Shown: positions 17,956 through 26,011 of the stretch, one piece after another
How positions within the stretch are numbered: the stretch's first letter is position 1
How the letters are laid out: each line of letters begins with the position of its first letter
DNA from: Gammaproteobacteria bacterium
Lineage (GTDB): Bacteria; Pseudomonadota; Gammaproteobacteria; Ga0077536
Length of the DNA: 64,000 nt
Assembly: GCA_963662545.2 (NCBI GenBank)
Contig: CAXXLL010000003.1
Coordinates: 1,536,001 to 1,600,000 of the forward strand
Direction of reading: 5' to 3'
Program-made: the position numbers and the translations under genes
Notes under the pieces: model-generated
The model's database searches: none
Seen by the model: only the letters and a program-made list of their open reading frames with translations
What the model was told of the DNA's origin: nothing

Positions 17956-19007
17956 ATGCAAGGTAACGTGTTGATTGCATTTATTTTATTGAGCTTGTCC
18001 GCGCTTGCTCAAGGCGCAGACACGGGCATCGATGCCTTCCGCTGCGGCGATTTTGGCGCCGCCCACCGGTACTTCACGGCAAAGGCCGAGCGCGGCGACC
18101 GGATAGCGCAGAACAATCTGGGCGTCATGTATCTGAAAGGGCGTGGCGTCGAGGTCGATTTCGACCAGGCTAGAGAGTATTTCGAAGCGGCCGCCGGGCA
18201 GGCTCTCGCGGGCGCGATGTTCAATCTGGGCATCATGCACCTGCGGGGCTACGGCAGCGACATCAATCACCGCGAGGCGGTCACCTGGTTTCATAAAAGT
18301 GCCGCGCGCGGTGATCGCGAAGCGCAATTCTTCCTCGGGCTGATGTATTTCAAAGGCCAGGGGATCATGCCCGACCCTGAGAAGGCGCGTCAGTGGTTTC
18401 AGAAATCCGCTGAGGCAGGCTTAGCGGCGGCGCAGTTCAATCTCGCCATGATGGTTCTCGATGGTGAAGATAGCACCGCCGATGGTGAAGATAGCACGAG
18501 GACGAGGCGCTGCGCTGGCTCGATGCGGCAGCCGAGCAGGGTCATGAACAAGCCAAGCTGCATATTGCCAAGGTGCATCTCGCACACGTGGACGACCCCG
18601 ATAGAGCGGCTCACGCCGCCACCGTCTTGCACGAACTTGTCGACGCCGGCGAACCCGAAGCGCAGATGCAATACGGGTTGATGCATACCTTCGGGCACGG
18701 CGTACCGCTCGATCACGAAGAAGGCCGGTTCTGGTTGCGGCAATCGGCCCTGCAGGGACTGACGGCAGCCCAAATCAATCTCGGGGCAATTTATGCCGAA
18801 GGGCTGGGCACGGATCCGGACCTCGTCAAAGCCTTTGCCTGGTTGACCCTCGGCGCGGAAAATAGTCGTGCGGCGAACCAGGCTTTGGAGCAGGTCTCTC
18901 AACGGATCAAGCTCGAAGACCGCGCGCTGGCCGAAGCGATGATCACCGAACTGAGGCGGAAGACGGCGAAGGACCGCATTCCGAAGGTCGGCGAAACCGC
19001 ACACTAA
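17956..19007 (+). pseudogene. Secreted Sel1-repeat protein, frameshifted by a 14-nt duplication
   Basis: Sel1 repeats (AQNNLGVMY..GRGV, AQINLGAIY..G.G) in both ORFs. Removing GGTGAAGATAGCAC (18484-18497) restores ADEDEALRWLDAAAEQGH. Confidence 0.85.
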
Positions 19008-19169
19008 GGAACCTCTGAATAAGTCATGGTGGGTCTGAATTGTTCATGCAATGGTGCAGGTCAAGGCCCGAATCGCAGACCCTAGCGGGGACTATTGGCA
19101 AGGTTCGTAACGCCGAGCTGCGCGACTACATGGGCAAGGCAGATGCGACATGACTTAATCAGAGTTTGC
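19008..19169. repeat. MITE-like element, family A copy 2 (right end degenerate)
   Basis: Begins GGAACCTCTGAATAAGTCATGG right after CTAA, which contains the Sel1 stop codon; colinear with copy 1. Confidence 0.88.
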
Positions 19170-19283
19170 TCAAGCATCAAATGCGTCGAATCGATGCGGG
19201 TAGGTAAATAAATGCGGCCCCGTACGGATCGATTCGTACTTCGTTCGATTGCCACTGGCAATATTTTCTTTGAAAATGCAGGC

Positions 19284-19446
19284 TAGTGTGCGGTCCCGTG
19301 AAATAATTGCGTAAGTCGCGTTGGATTTTTCGTTCCTGGCAAAGCACGAGGACGCCGCATAGCGGGCTCTACGCAAGGACGAGCAACACCGCCAGCGACG
19401 AAAAAGACCAGCGAATTATAAAAGTTTTTCGCGGGACAGCGCACTA
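19284..19446. repeat. MITE-like palindromic element, family B copy 1
   Basis: Ends TAGTGTGCGGTCCCGTGAAA / TTTCGCGGGACAGCGCACTA; homologous to 22566-22728. Confidence 0.82.
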
Positions 19447-19530
19447 AGCACTTACGGCCGGTTCATGTGAGGTTCAGTTCAAAGCGCGAGAATGCACCGG
19501 TATTAGCGCGCATCCAAATCGGTAGACGAC

Positions 19531-19812
19531 ATGTTCATGACTAAACTAACTCGCGTTTCTCGCCGGCCGGTCGGGGCTCTCGCACTGTTTGCCGCCTTGA
19601 ACCTGTGGCAACCGGGCTTGATGTCCGCGGAAAGCGAAACCGCGCCGGCCACATCACCAACGGAGCAATCCCAGAGTACGGGCGAATCGAAACCCGCGGA
19701 TAAGAAGTGCTTTCATGGCTGCCTCAGGTGGGGCAGGTTCTGCAACGTCGATCCGCGCGGAGTCTACAAGTGCCGGCGGCGTTGCGAGAAATTCGGCGAA
19801 ATTTGCGAGTGA
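19531..19812 (+). CDS. Small secreted protein with a C-terminal 6-Cys domain
   Basis: Hydrophobic signal-like N-terminus, S/T/E-rich linker, then two CxxxCxx(W/F)GxxC units. Stop overlaps the next gene's GTG (GTGA). Confidence 0.7.
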   Translation: MFMTKLTRVSRRPVGALALFAALNLWQPGLMSAESETAPATSPTEQSQSTGESKPADKKCFHGCLRWGRFCNVDPRGVYKCRRRCEKFGEICE

Positions 19813-20495
19813 GGTCCGCGGCGATTCCCCGCCCGGACTGGAACGCTGTCGACGTTGCCGTTCTCGACATGGACGGTACGCTTCTCGATCTCCATTTCGA
19901 CTACCAGGTGTGGAACGTACTGCTGCCGAAGCGATACGGCGAATTGCACTCCATTGACGAACACGAGGCTCGTGAACGGATAAACGGTTTCCTCGACGAA
20001 CGCCGCGGCACGCTGAGCTGGTACTGTCTCGACTATTGGAGCGAAACTCTCGAAATCGAGATTCGCGCACTCGAGGCCGAACTCGATTGCCTGATCAGCT
20101 TGCGGCCCGGTGCCCGGGGTTTTCTCGAATGGCTCAAGGGACTCGGACTGCGAATGATCCTGGCAACCAATGCACACCCGGCAAGCCTGGAGCGCAAGCT
20201 TAATCTCACCGGCATCGGCAAGTATTTCGACGGTGTCGTCAGCGCCCACGCGGTGGGCGCGGCGAAGGAAAGTTCCGAATTCTGGATCGAACTCGAACGG
20301 TGCTACGACCTCGCGTGCGATCGGGCGGTGTTGATCGATGACAATCATACCGTGTTGCAAACGGCAAGCGATCATGGCATCGCACACGTCTACGGTATCT
20401 CGCAACCCGACAGCCGGCGTGCACCGGTGGAGGACGCGGCGTTTCCCTGTATCCGGTCCTTTTCCGATCTGGCTGGGCAAATTCTAGCGGATTAG
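19809..20495 (+). CDS. yrfG: HAD-family GMP/IMP nucleotidase
   Basis: LDMDGTLLDLHFD, WYCLDYWS, TNAH, KE..EFW and IDDN motifs. Confidence 0.88.
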   Translation: MRSAAIPRPDWNAVDVAVLDMDGTLLDLHFDYQVWNVLLPKRYGELHSIDEHEARERINGFLDERRGTLSWYCLDYWSETLEIEIRALEAELDCLISLRPGARGFLEWLKGLGLRMILATNAHPASLERKLNLTGIGKYFDGVVSAHAVGAAKESSEFWIELERCYDLACDRAVLIDDNHTVLQTASDHGIAHVYGISQPDSRRAPVEDAAFPCIRSFSDLAGQILAD

Positions 20496-20656
20496 CAGGC
20501 TGTTGAAAAACTCGTTTTTCGACAGCCTGTGCCCGGCACAGGGATGTGCCGGCATCAATCGAGCACGCTATGTGGTTGATTGATGGAGCAATACGGAAAC
20601 CGCGTTTTCGTCTTGCGAGTTGAAAAACGATAGGGACATCGTTTTTCAACAACCTG
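20496..20656. repeat. MITE-like palindromic element, family C copy 1 (161 bp)
   Basis: CAGGCTGTTGAAAAA / TTTTTCAACAACCTG ends with TTAG duplicated on both sides; the left TTAG contains the yrfG stop. Confidence 0.88.
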
Positions 20657-20718
20657 TTAGGGGATGATTGATGCCCCTCGAATCAGGCGGTTATCGAGGG
20701 CCGCTTTGTCGCGCGGGA

Positions 20719-21435
20719 TCAACCGGCCGCTTTGGCGATCGCAATTTCATAGACCCGGTGTTGGTCGCAAAGCGCGCGATGCTCGAACCGCGTGATCACA
20801 CGGTAGCGGGGACGCGGTGCCCAGTGGCCCGCGCCGGCTAAATTGAGCCATACCGGTGACCGGTCGATCATTTCGAGTATCGATTCGGCATAACCGGCGT
20901 TGTCGCTGGCAAAATGGACCTGTCCCGAGCGTTTGATCCGATCCGCCAAGAGATCGAGAAAGGCACCTCCTATGAGCCGGCGTTTGTGATGGCGCTTTTT
21001 CGGCCAGGGATCAGGAAAAAAGAGGTAAACGCGATCGAGAGACGCGGGCATTAGTATATGAAGGAGATCGACCGCGTCGCTTTCGACGAGTTTGACATTG
21101 TGTAGGCGCCTCGATCGCAGGCCAAGAAGCGTGTGCCCCAATCCCGGTCGATGAACTTCGCAACCCAGGTAGTTATTGCCGGGCGCCGATTGGGCCATGG
21201 CGAGCAGATTCTCGCCGTTGCCCGTGCCAATCTCGAGGTGGATGGGCCCACTCCCGGAATAAATATGGTCAAGACCGTGGGTCAGATTTTGCAGTCCCAC
21301 ACCGTAATTAGGCCACAGCTCGCGCAGTGCTTGGGCCTGGGCAGGTGTCGTGCGCCCTTCGCGAATTACGAAACTACGAATCGTCCGCGTTCGCCGCGGT
21401 ATCGTGGCGGGACGCTTAGGCGGGGTCGCGCTCAG
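20719..21435 (-). CDS. trmB: tRNA (guanine-N7)-methyltransferase
   Basis: [27 protein letters not shown] and TRFE motifs. The frame stays open upstream through [10 protein letters not shown] to a CTG overlapping the thiG stop. Confidence 0.92.
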   Translation of the reverse strand: MSATPPKRPATIPRRTRTIRSFVIREGRTTPAQAQALRELWPNYGVGLQNLTHGLDHIYSGSGPIHLEIGTGNGENLLAMAQSAPGNNYLGCEVHRPGLGHTLLGLRSRRLHNVKLVESDAVDLLHILMPASLDRVYLFFPDPWPKKRHHKRRLIGGAFLDLLADRIKRSGQVHFASDNAGYAESILEMIDRSPVWLNLAGAGHWAPRPRYRVITRFEHRALCDQHRVYEIAIAKAAG

Positions 21436-22244
21436 GAGAAGAAAGTACCGTCGATCGGGGAAGACGCCGAGGCGTACGCTCGTTTCGGCATGCGCCCGGC
21501 AAGAAAGGCTTCGCGACCGGCCTCGACCGCTTTTCGCATTGCGGACGCCATCAGTACCGGATGCTTCGCTTCGGCAATCGCGGTATTCATCAACACCGCA
21601 TCACAACCGATTTCCATGGCGACGCTTGCATCCGACGCCGTGCCGACACCGGCATCGACGATGACCGGGACGCCGCTGTTCTCTACGATGGTGCGGAGAG
21701 TGTAGCGGTTCTGAATGCCGAGACCCGAGCCTATGGGCGCGGCCAGCGGCATAACAGCCACGCAGCCTATCACTTCGAGTTCCTTCGCAATCAACGGATC
21801 GTCGGTCGTATAAACCATCACGGAAAAGCCGTCCTCACAGAGTGTTTTCGCCGCAGCCAAGGTCTCCACGACATTGGGATACAGGGTTTTTTCGTCACCC
21901 AGGACTTCGAGCTTGACGAGATCGCGGCCCTCCAGGAGTTCGCGCGCAAGTCGGCAGGTTCGAACCGCGGATTCCGCGTCATAGCATCCAGCCGTATTCG
22001 GTAGGATGATATATCGATCCGGTGAAATGACGTCGAGCAAGTTCGGTTCACCCGGCGTTTGCCCCATATTGGTTCGACGCACGGCGACGGTCACCACTTC
22101 GGCACCACTGGCCTCGATCGCTCGGGCGGTCTCCTCATGGTCACGATATTTTCCCGTTCCAACGAGCAGCCTGGACCGGAACGTTCTTCCGGCCAGCTTC
22201 AACAAATCCGGTTCTTCGGCAAGTACGGGCTGACTGTCATTCAT
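21432..22244 (-). CDS. thiG: Thiazole synthase
   Basis: [34 protein letters not shown] and DAGVG motifs. Confidence 0.97.
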   Translation of the reverse strand: MNDSQPVLAEEPDLLKLAGRTFRSRLLVGTGKYRDHEETARAIEASGAEVVTVAVRRTNMGQTPGEPNLLDVISPDRYIILPNTAGCYDAESAVRTCRLARELLEGRDLVKLEVLGDEKTLYPNVVETLAAAKTLCEDGFSVMVYTTDDPLIAKELEVIGCVAVMPLAAPIGSGLGIQNRYTLRTIVENSGVPVIVDAGVGTASDASVAMEIGCDAVLMNTAIAEAKHPVLMASAMRKAVEAGREAFLAGRMPKRAYASASSPIDGTFFS

Positions 22245-22293
22245 TGGCGTATTCGTGAAGCGATTGGATCGGACCGATTATAACCGAGCCAGG

Positions 22294-22512
22294 CTATCCG
22301 CCGCCGATGGCGGCAACGATTTCGATGATGTCGCCGTCGGCCAAAAAATGGCTGGCATGCACGCTACGAGGAACGATATCGCCGTTTATTTCAACCGCAT
22401 ACCGCGCCGAAACGTCCATTTTCTCGATCAGGTCGTCGATGGAGCAGGGCTGTGGAAGGCGCATCGATTCACCGTTCACAATGACCGTCTGGCTCTCGGT
22501 GGTGGAGCCCAT
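22294..22512 (-). CDS. thiS: Sulfur carrier protein ThiS
   Basis: VNGE, AVEING.IVPRS and C-terminal IGGG; directly upstream of thiG. Confidence 0.93.
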   Translation of the reverse strand: MGSTTESQTVIVNGESMRLPQPCSIDDLIEKMDVSARYAVEINGDIVPRSVHASHFLADGDIIEIVAAIGGG

Positions 22513-22565
22513 CTCAATCTTTCGCGTAATGCATCGCGACGGTGCCGGCACTCATCGCAAGATTT

Positions 22566-22728
22566 TAGTGTGCCGTCCCGTAAATAGGTTTCATAAGTCG
22601 CGCAGGAATTTTTGTTCCTGGCAAGGCGCGAGGACGCTTATGTGCGGGCTCTAAACTCCGACGAGCAACGCAGCCAGGGGCAAAAATAACCAGCGAATTA
22701 TCGAACCTATTTACGGGACGGCACACTA
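22566..22728. repeat. MITE-like palindromic element, family B copy 2
   Basis: 25-bp perfect inverted ends TAGTGTGCCGTCCCGTAAATAGGTT. The terminal CTA is the TAG stop of the MBL hydrolase gene. Confidence 0.88.
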
Positions 22729-23634
22729 CAGATCGACTTTCAAGCCCTCACAACCGATGTGGCATTCCATATCGGAGCCGCGTTCGCGAATGATTTGCAA
22801 GCTGTCCTGGTGAATAGCGGCCACTTGATCGTCGTCGTATGTCGGGTCGTGGTGATAGAGGTAAAGGCACTTTACACCGGCGTCTATCGCGAGGTTGACG
22901 GTATCCACATAGCAAGAATGTCCCCAGCCGCGCTTACTATCGTAATCGTGGGGCGTGTACTGTGCGTCGTGAATGAGTATGTCTACTCCCTCAATAGCGG
23001 AAACCTCGGAATTTCGTTGTTCCGAGACCATGCGTTCAAGCAGTTCATGCTCGTCCTGCTCGAATTCATGTATACGCTTTGCGATTGAGGTCTTGAGAAA
23101 ATGAACCTCGTTGTCGGACACGTACACGACGCTCTTGCCGCCGACTTGGAATCGGTAACCATAAGTCAATCCGGGATGGTGGACGTTGTGGTAGCTTATT
23201 TTGATCGGGCCATGCGACAAGCCATTCACATCGGGTTCTAGATAATCGATTTTAGCCATCCAGGTCTCGGTCTCGACCGGAAAATAGGGCGCCTTCATCT
23301 GATCCGACAAACGCTTTTCGATGTCTCCCGAGCTTTCACCGGGACCAAAGAATTTGATTTTCCAATCGGGCGAAAACGCCGGTTGAAAAAAAGGCAGGCC
23401 GCAAATGTGATCCCAATGGTAATGAGTGAACAGCACCATCATTTCGGACAGCTCTTCGTCGTGCATCAACTGTTCACCGAGGGAAATAATGCCGGTGCCG
23501 CCATCGCAAACTAACAGTGTGTCATCACTGCGGATTTCCACGCAGGAAGTATTGCCGCCTACGTTCAGATGTGACTTGTGAGGGGCGGCGTAAGATCCTC
23601 GGACGCCCCAGAAACGCAGATAGCTGTTGCTCAT
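22726..23634 (-). CDS. MBL-fold metallo-hydrolase (phosphodiesterase-like)
   Basis: FWGVRGS, GGNTSC, THYHWDH, HDAQY, GWGHS and HHDP motifs. Confidence 0.9.
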   Translation of the reverse strand: MSNSYLRFWGVRGSYAAPHKSHLNVGGNTSCVEIRSDDTLLVCDGGTGIISLGEQLMHDEELSEMMVLFTHYHWDHICGLPFFQPAFSPDWKIKFFGPGESSGDIEKRLSDQMKAPYFPVETETWMAKIDYLEPDVNGLSHGPIKISYHNVHHPGLTYGYRFQVGGKSVVYVSDNEVHFLKTSIAKRIHEFEQDEHELLERMVSEQRNSEVSAIEGVDILIHDAQYTPHDYDSKRGWGHSCYVDTVNLAIDAGVKCLYLYHHDPTYDDDQVAAIHQDSLQIIRERGSDMECHIGCEGLKVDL

Positions 23635-24023
23635 ACGTCGGCGTTGCCGGTTCCCACGTACTTGTCGATGAGCGAACGTATCGCCTTTTTCGATATTGGC
23701 TTCGCCACGAACTCCAGCACTCCCAACTCTTTAGCCTCGGTGCGATCTTGTGCGTAATCTTTGGAGCTGATCATGACAGTTGGCGTATCAAAGTGAAGCT
23801 CGTGAGCTCGAAGCTCCTTGAGAAAAGTGAAGCCATCCTTGTTGGGCATGATGATGTTTAGAAACAAGAGGTTGGGTTGCCGGGTATTGAGAAAGCGGAG
23901 AGATTCCTCAGCCGACTCATACGCGTGAAAATCGAGATCCGCCTCCTCGGCGACCTGTTCGAAAAACGCCCGCATGGCGATACTGTCGTCGACGAGAACG
24001 ATGGTCGGTTTGCTTGTTTGCAT
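23631..24023 (-). CDS. Single-domain response regulator with Asn at the phospho-acceptor position
   Basis: VDDS, FLNIIMP (normally LD..MP), ISS and AKP; ATGA overlap with the MBL hydrolase. Confidence 0.88.
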   Translation of the reverse strand: MQTSKPTIVLVDDSIAMRAFFEQVAEEADLDFHAYESAEESLRFLNTRQPNLLFLNIIMPNKDGFTFLKELRAHELHFDTPTVMISSKDYAQDRTEAKELGVLEFVAKPISKKAIRSLIDKYVGTGNADV

Positions 24024-24270
24024 GCGCTTTTGATACCCGAATCCCCGCGTCCGCCGGCTCTAGGCTTACGCTCAGCCTTATACATTTATCCTAACCGCAT
24101 GAGATCAGGACTATTATAGACAAGAATTCTGCGATATCCCTAGCTTCGGGACAAGCTTAATTTTCAACAATTTTTGACTCAAAGCCATAATACCCCACCG
24201 CGAAGCGTAAAAGTATGCCGCCCGGCTCGGGCGTTTATTTCGCGAAATTCGAGCACTGCTTCTTTGTCCG

Positions 24271-24298
24271 TTGACTGTGCCTTTCCAGATAATAGAAT
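24271..24298 (+). promoter_or_regulatory. Putative sigma70 promoter upstream of tRNA-Gly
   Basis: TTGACT-N16-TAGAAT. Confidence 0.45.
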
Positions 24299-24434
24299 CG
24301 GTCGTGATACCCATTTACTTTAATAATAAAGTGCGAAATTTTAGAAATGCCGGCCCCGAGAGGGGAGTACAGGGGCCTGCAGAGTAATCCCACCGCAGTT
24401 CGTGATGGAAATCGTCAGGCACATTTATTTCAGA

Positions 24435-24508
24435 GCGGGTGTAGTTCAATGGTAGAACATCAGCTTCCCAAGCTGAGAACGTGGGTTCGATCCCCATCAC
24501 CCGCTCCA
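24435..24508 (+). tRNA. tRNA-Gly (CCC)
   Basis: GCGGGTG/CACCCGC acceptor stem, TCAGC-TTCCCAA-GCTGA anticodon arm, GGTTCGA T-loop and encoded CCA; 74 nt. Confidence 0.97.
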
Positions 24509-24569
24509 CTAGGCTGCACATCTCACCAGTCCGCTGATGCGGCCACCCAATCGTACGCCCTCGATTGAT

Positions 24570-25220
24570 ATGTTGAACGATATTCGCGACGCGCAACTGG
24601 AGGCCAAGGCCAAAGCCTTGTACAGCGACGAACTGCCTTACCACAACTTCTCTCATATTCTGGATACTCTCAATTCAGCCGGCATCATCCTAACGCGCTG
24701 TGTGCGCGAGAACATCCGGATAGACGCCCGCGCAGTATATTTCGCGCTGCTGTTTCACGATGCGGGTTACCACGAAGATCACGCCGCGAAAGGTTACAAA
24801 AACAAAGAGCTTTACTCGGTCAAGCTCGCCCAGGAAATCCTGCGCGAGCATGGCATTTCCGCCAATCTTATCGGTAAAGTGTCCAAGGCGATTCTCGCCA
24901 CGGAGCGCAACGCGAGCTTTGTGAGTGCGGAACACAAAGCCGTCAGGGCGGCGGACCTGTCAGGCCTGGCTGCCGAATATGAGCGCTTTCTCGAAAGCTC
25001 GATCAAGCTCAAGCGGGAACACGAATACCTGAACCAGCAGCCCATTAGCTGGCCCTCATGGCAATCCGTATCGCGCGAAGTCATCGGCTTTTACCTTTCA
25101 CAGGAAATACGGCTGACGAGCTATTTCCACGATGAAAACGGCGAATCGGCCTACCATAAATCCGTACGTCAAAATCTCGCCCGTTTGCTGAGTGAACCCC
25201 GGGAACCCAGGATCAACTGA
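24570..25220 (+). CDS. HD-domain metal-dependent phosphohydrolase
   Basis: LPYHN..H, LFHDAGY, E..S and ADLSGL motifs. Confidence 0.8.
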   Translation: MLNDIRDAQLEAKAKALYSDELPYHNFSHILDTLNSAGIILTRCVRENIRIDARAVYFALLFHDAGYHEDHAAKGYKNKELYSVKLAQEILREHGISANLIGKVSKAILATERNASFVSAEHKAVRAADLSGLAAEYERFLESSIKLKREHEYLNQQPISWPSWQSVSREVIGFYLSQEIRLTSYFHDENGESAYHKSVRQNLARLLSEPREPRIN

Positions 25221-25224
25221 TTAG

Positions 25225-25385
25225 CAGGCTGGTGAAAAACCCCGTTTTTCGTCAGCCTGTGTCCGGTATATGGATGTACCGGCATCCATCTCGCGGTCAA
25301 CTGCTCGATGGATGGAGCGCAACGGAAACTACGTTTTCGCTGTAGCAAGGTGAAAAATGTCGGGAAGACATTTTTCACCAACCTG
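25225..25385. repeat. MITE-like element, family C copy 2 (161 bp)
   Basis: CAGGCTGGTGAAAAA / TTTTTCACCAACCTG ends with TTAG duplication; lies between convergent genes. Confidence 0.88.
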
Positions 25386-25399
25386 TTAGGACCCGCGGA

Positions 25400-25996
25400 T
25401 CAGGTGGCATCCTCGGCACCGATCCTCAGCAGAATAAAATCCATATCGTTTTCAATTAGCTTGACGCGCATGGCGCGGATGTCCTTGATTTCGGAAAACG
25501 GCCCGACATGCACCCGGAACCAAACGTCCTGGCCATTGATGACGACGCGCTGAATTCGTGCGCTGACCCCACGCAGAGCGAGTCTTGCTTTTGCACGATC
25601 GGCGTGATTGAACTGCTTGAATGACCCGACCTGCAAGACATAGGTACCAGGCGCCAGACTCGGTTCACCTTCATCATCTTTGACCGATAACTCCCATTCC
25701 GGAACGGGAACCTCCATCTCGGGAAGGATCTTGTAGAAATCGAATTTGGGGCGGGGAAGCACCGGTTTGGTGTCCGATGCGAAATCGGGATCGTCGAATT
25801 CCCCTTGATCGATCGAACTGGAATCCCACTTGCTGATCAATGATGCGGGCGGCGGCAAGCTGCTGGACCAGAGGTAGACCGCCAGAGCGACCAGCAAACC
25901 GAGCGCCAGTCCGCTGAGGAAGGACATCCAGCTGCCCCGTCGCTCGCTCGCTTTGGACGAAGGCCGAGCGGTGTTTTTGTAGTCTTTCTGGGTCAT
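25400..25996 (-). CDS. SPOR-domain cell division protein (FtsN-like)
   Basis: N-terminal TM segment, FDFYKILP and C-terminal SPOR domain (LQVGSF, WFRV.VGPF); downstream of argS. Confidence 0.85.
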   Translation of the reverse strand: MTQKDYKNTARPSSKASERRGSWMSFLSGLALGLLVALAVYLWSSSLPPPASLISKWDSSSIDQGEFDDPDFASDTKPVLPRPKFDFYKILPEMEVPVPEWELSVKDDEGEPSLAPGTYVLQVGSFKQFNHADRAKARLALRGVSARIQRVVINGQDVWFRVHVGPFSEIKDIRAMRVKLIENDMDFILLRIGAEDAT

Positions 25997-26011
25997 CGCG
26001 ACGATCTGCGT

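Noticed and set aside
21432-22244. ThiG-TrmB fusion
   Set aside because: The genes are in different frames and thiG ends normally after its ASSP motif.
24435-25400. Integrative element at tRNA-Gly
   Set aside because: No integrase and no duplicated tRNA 3' end seen in the window.
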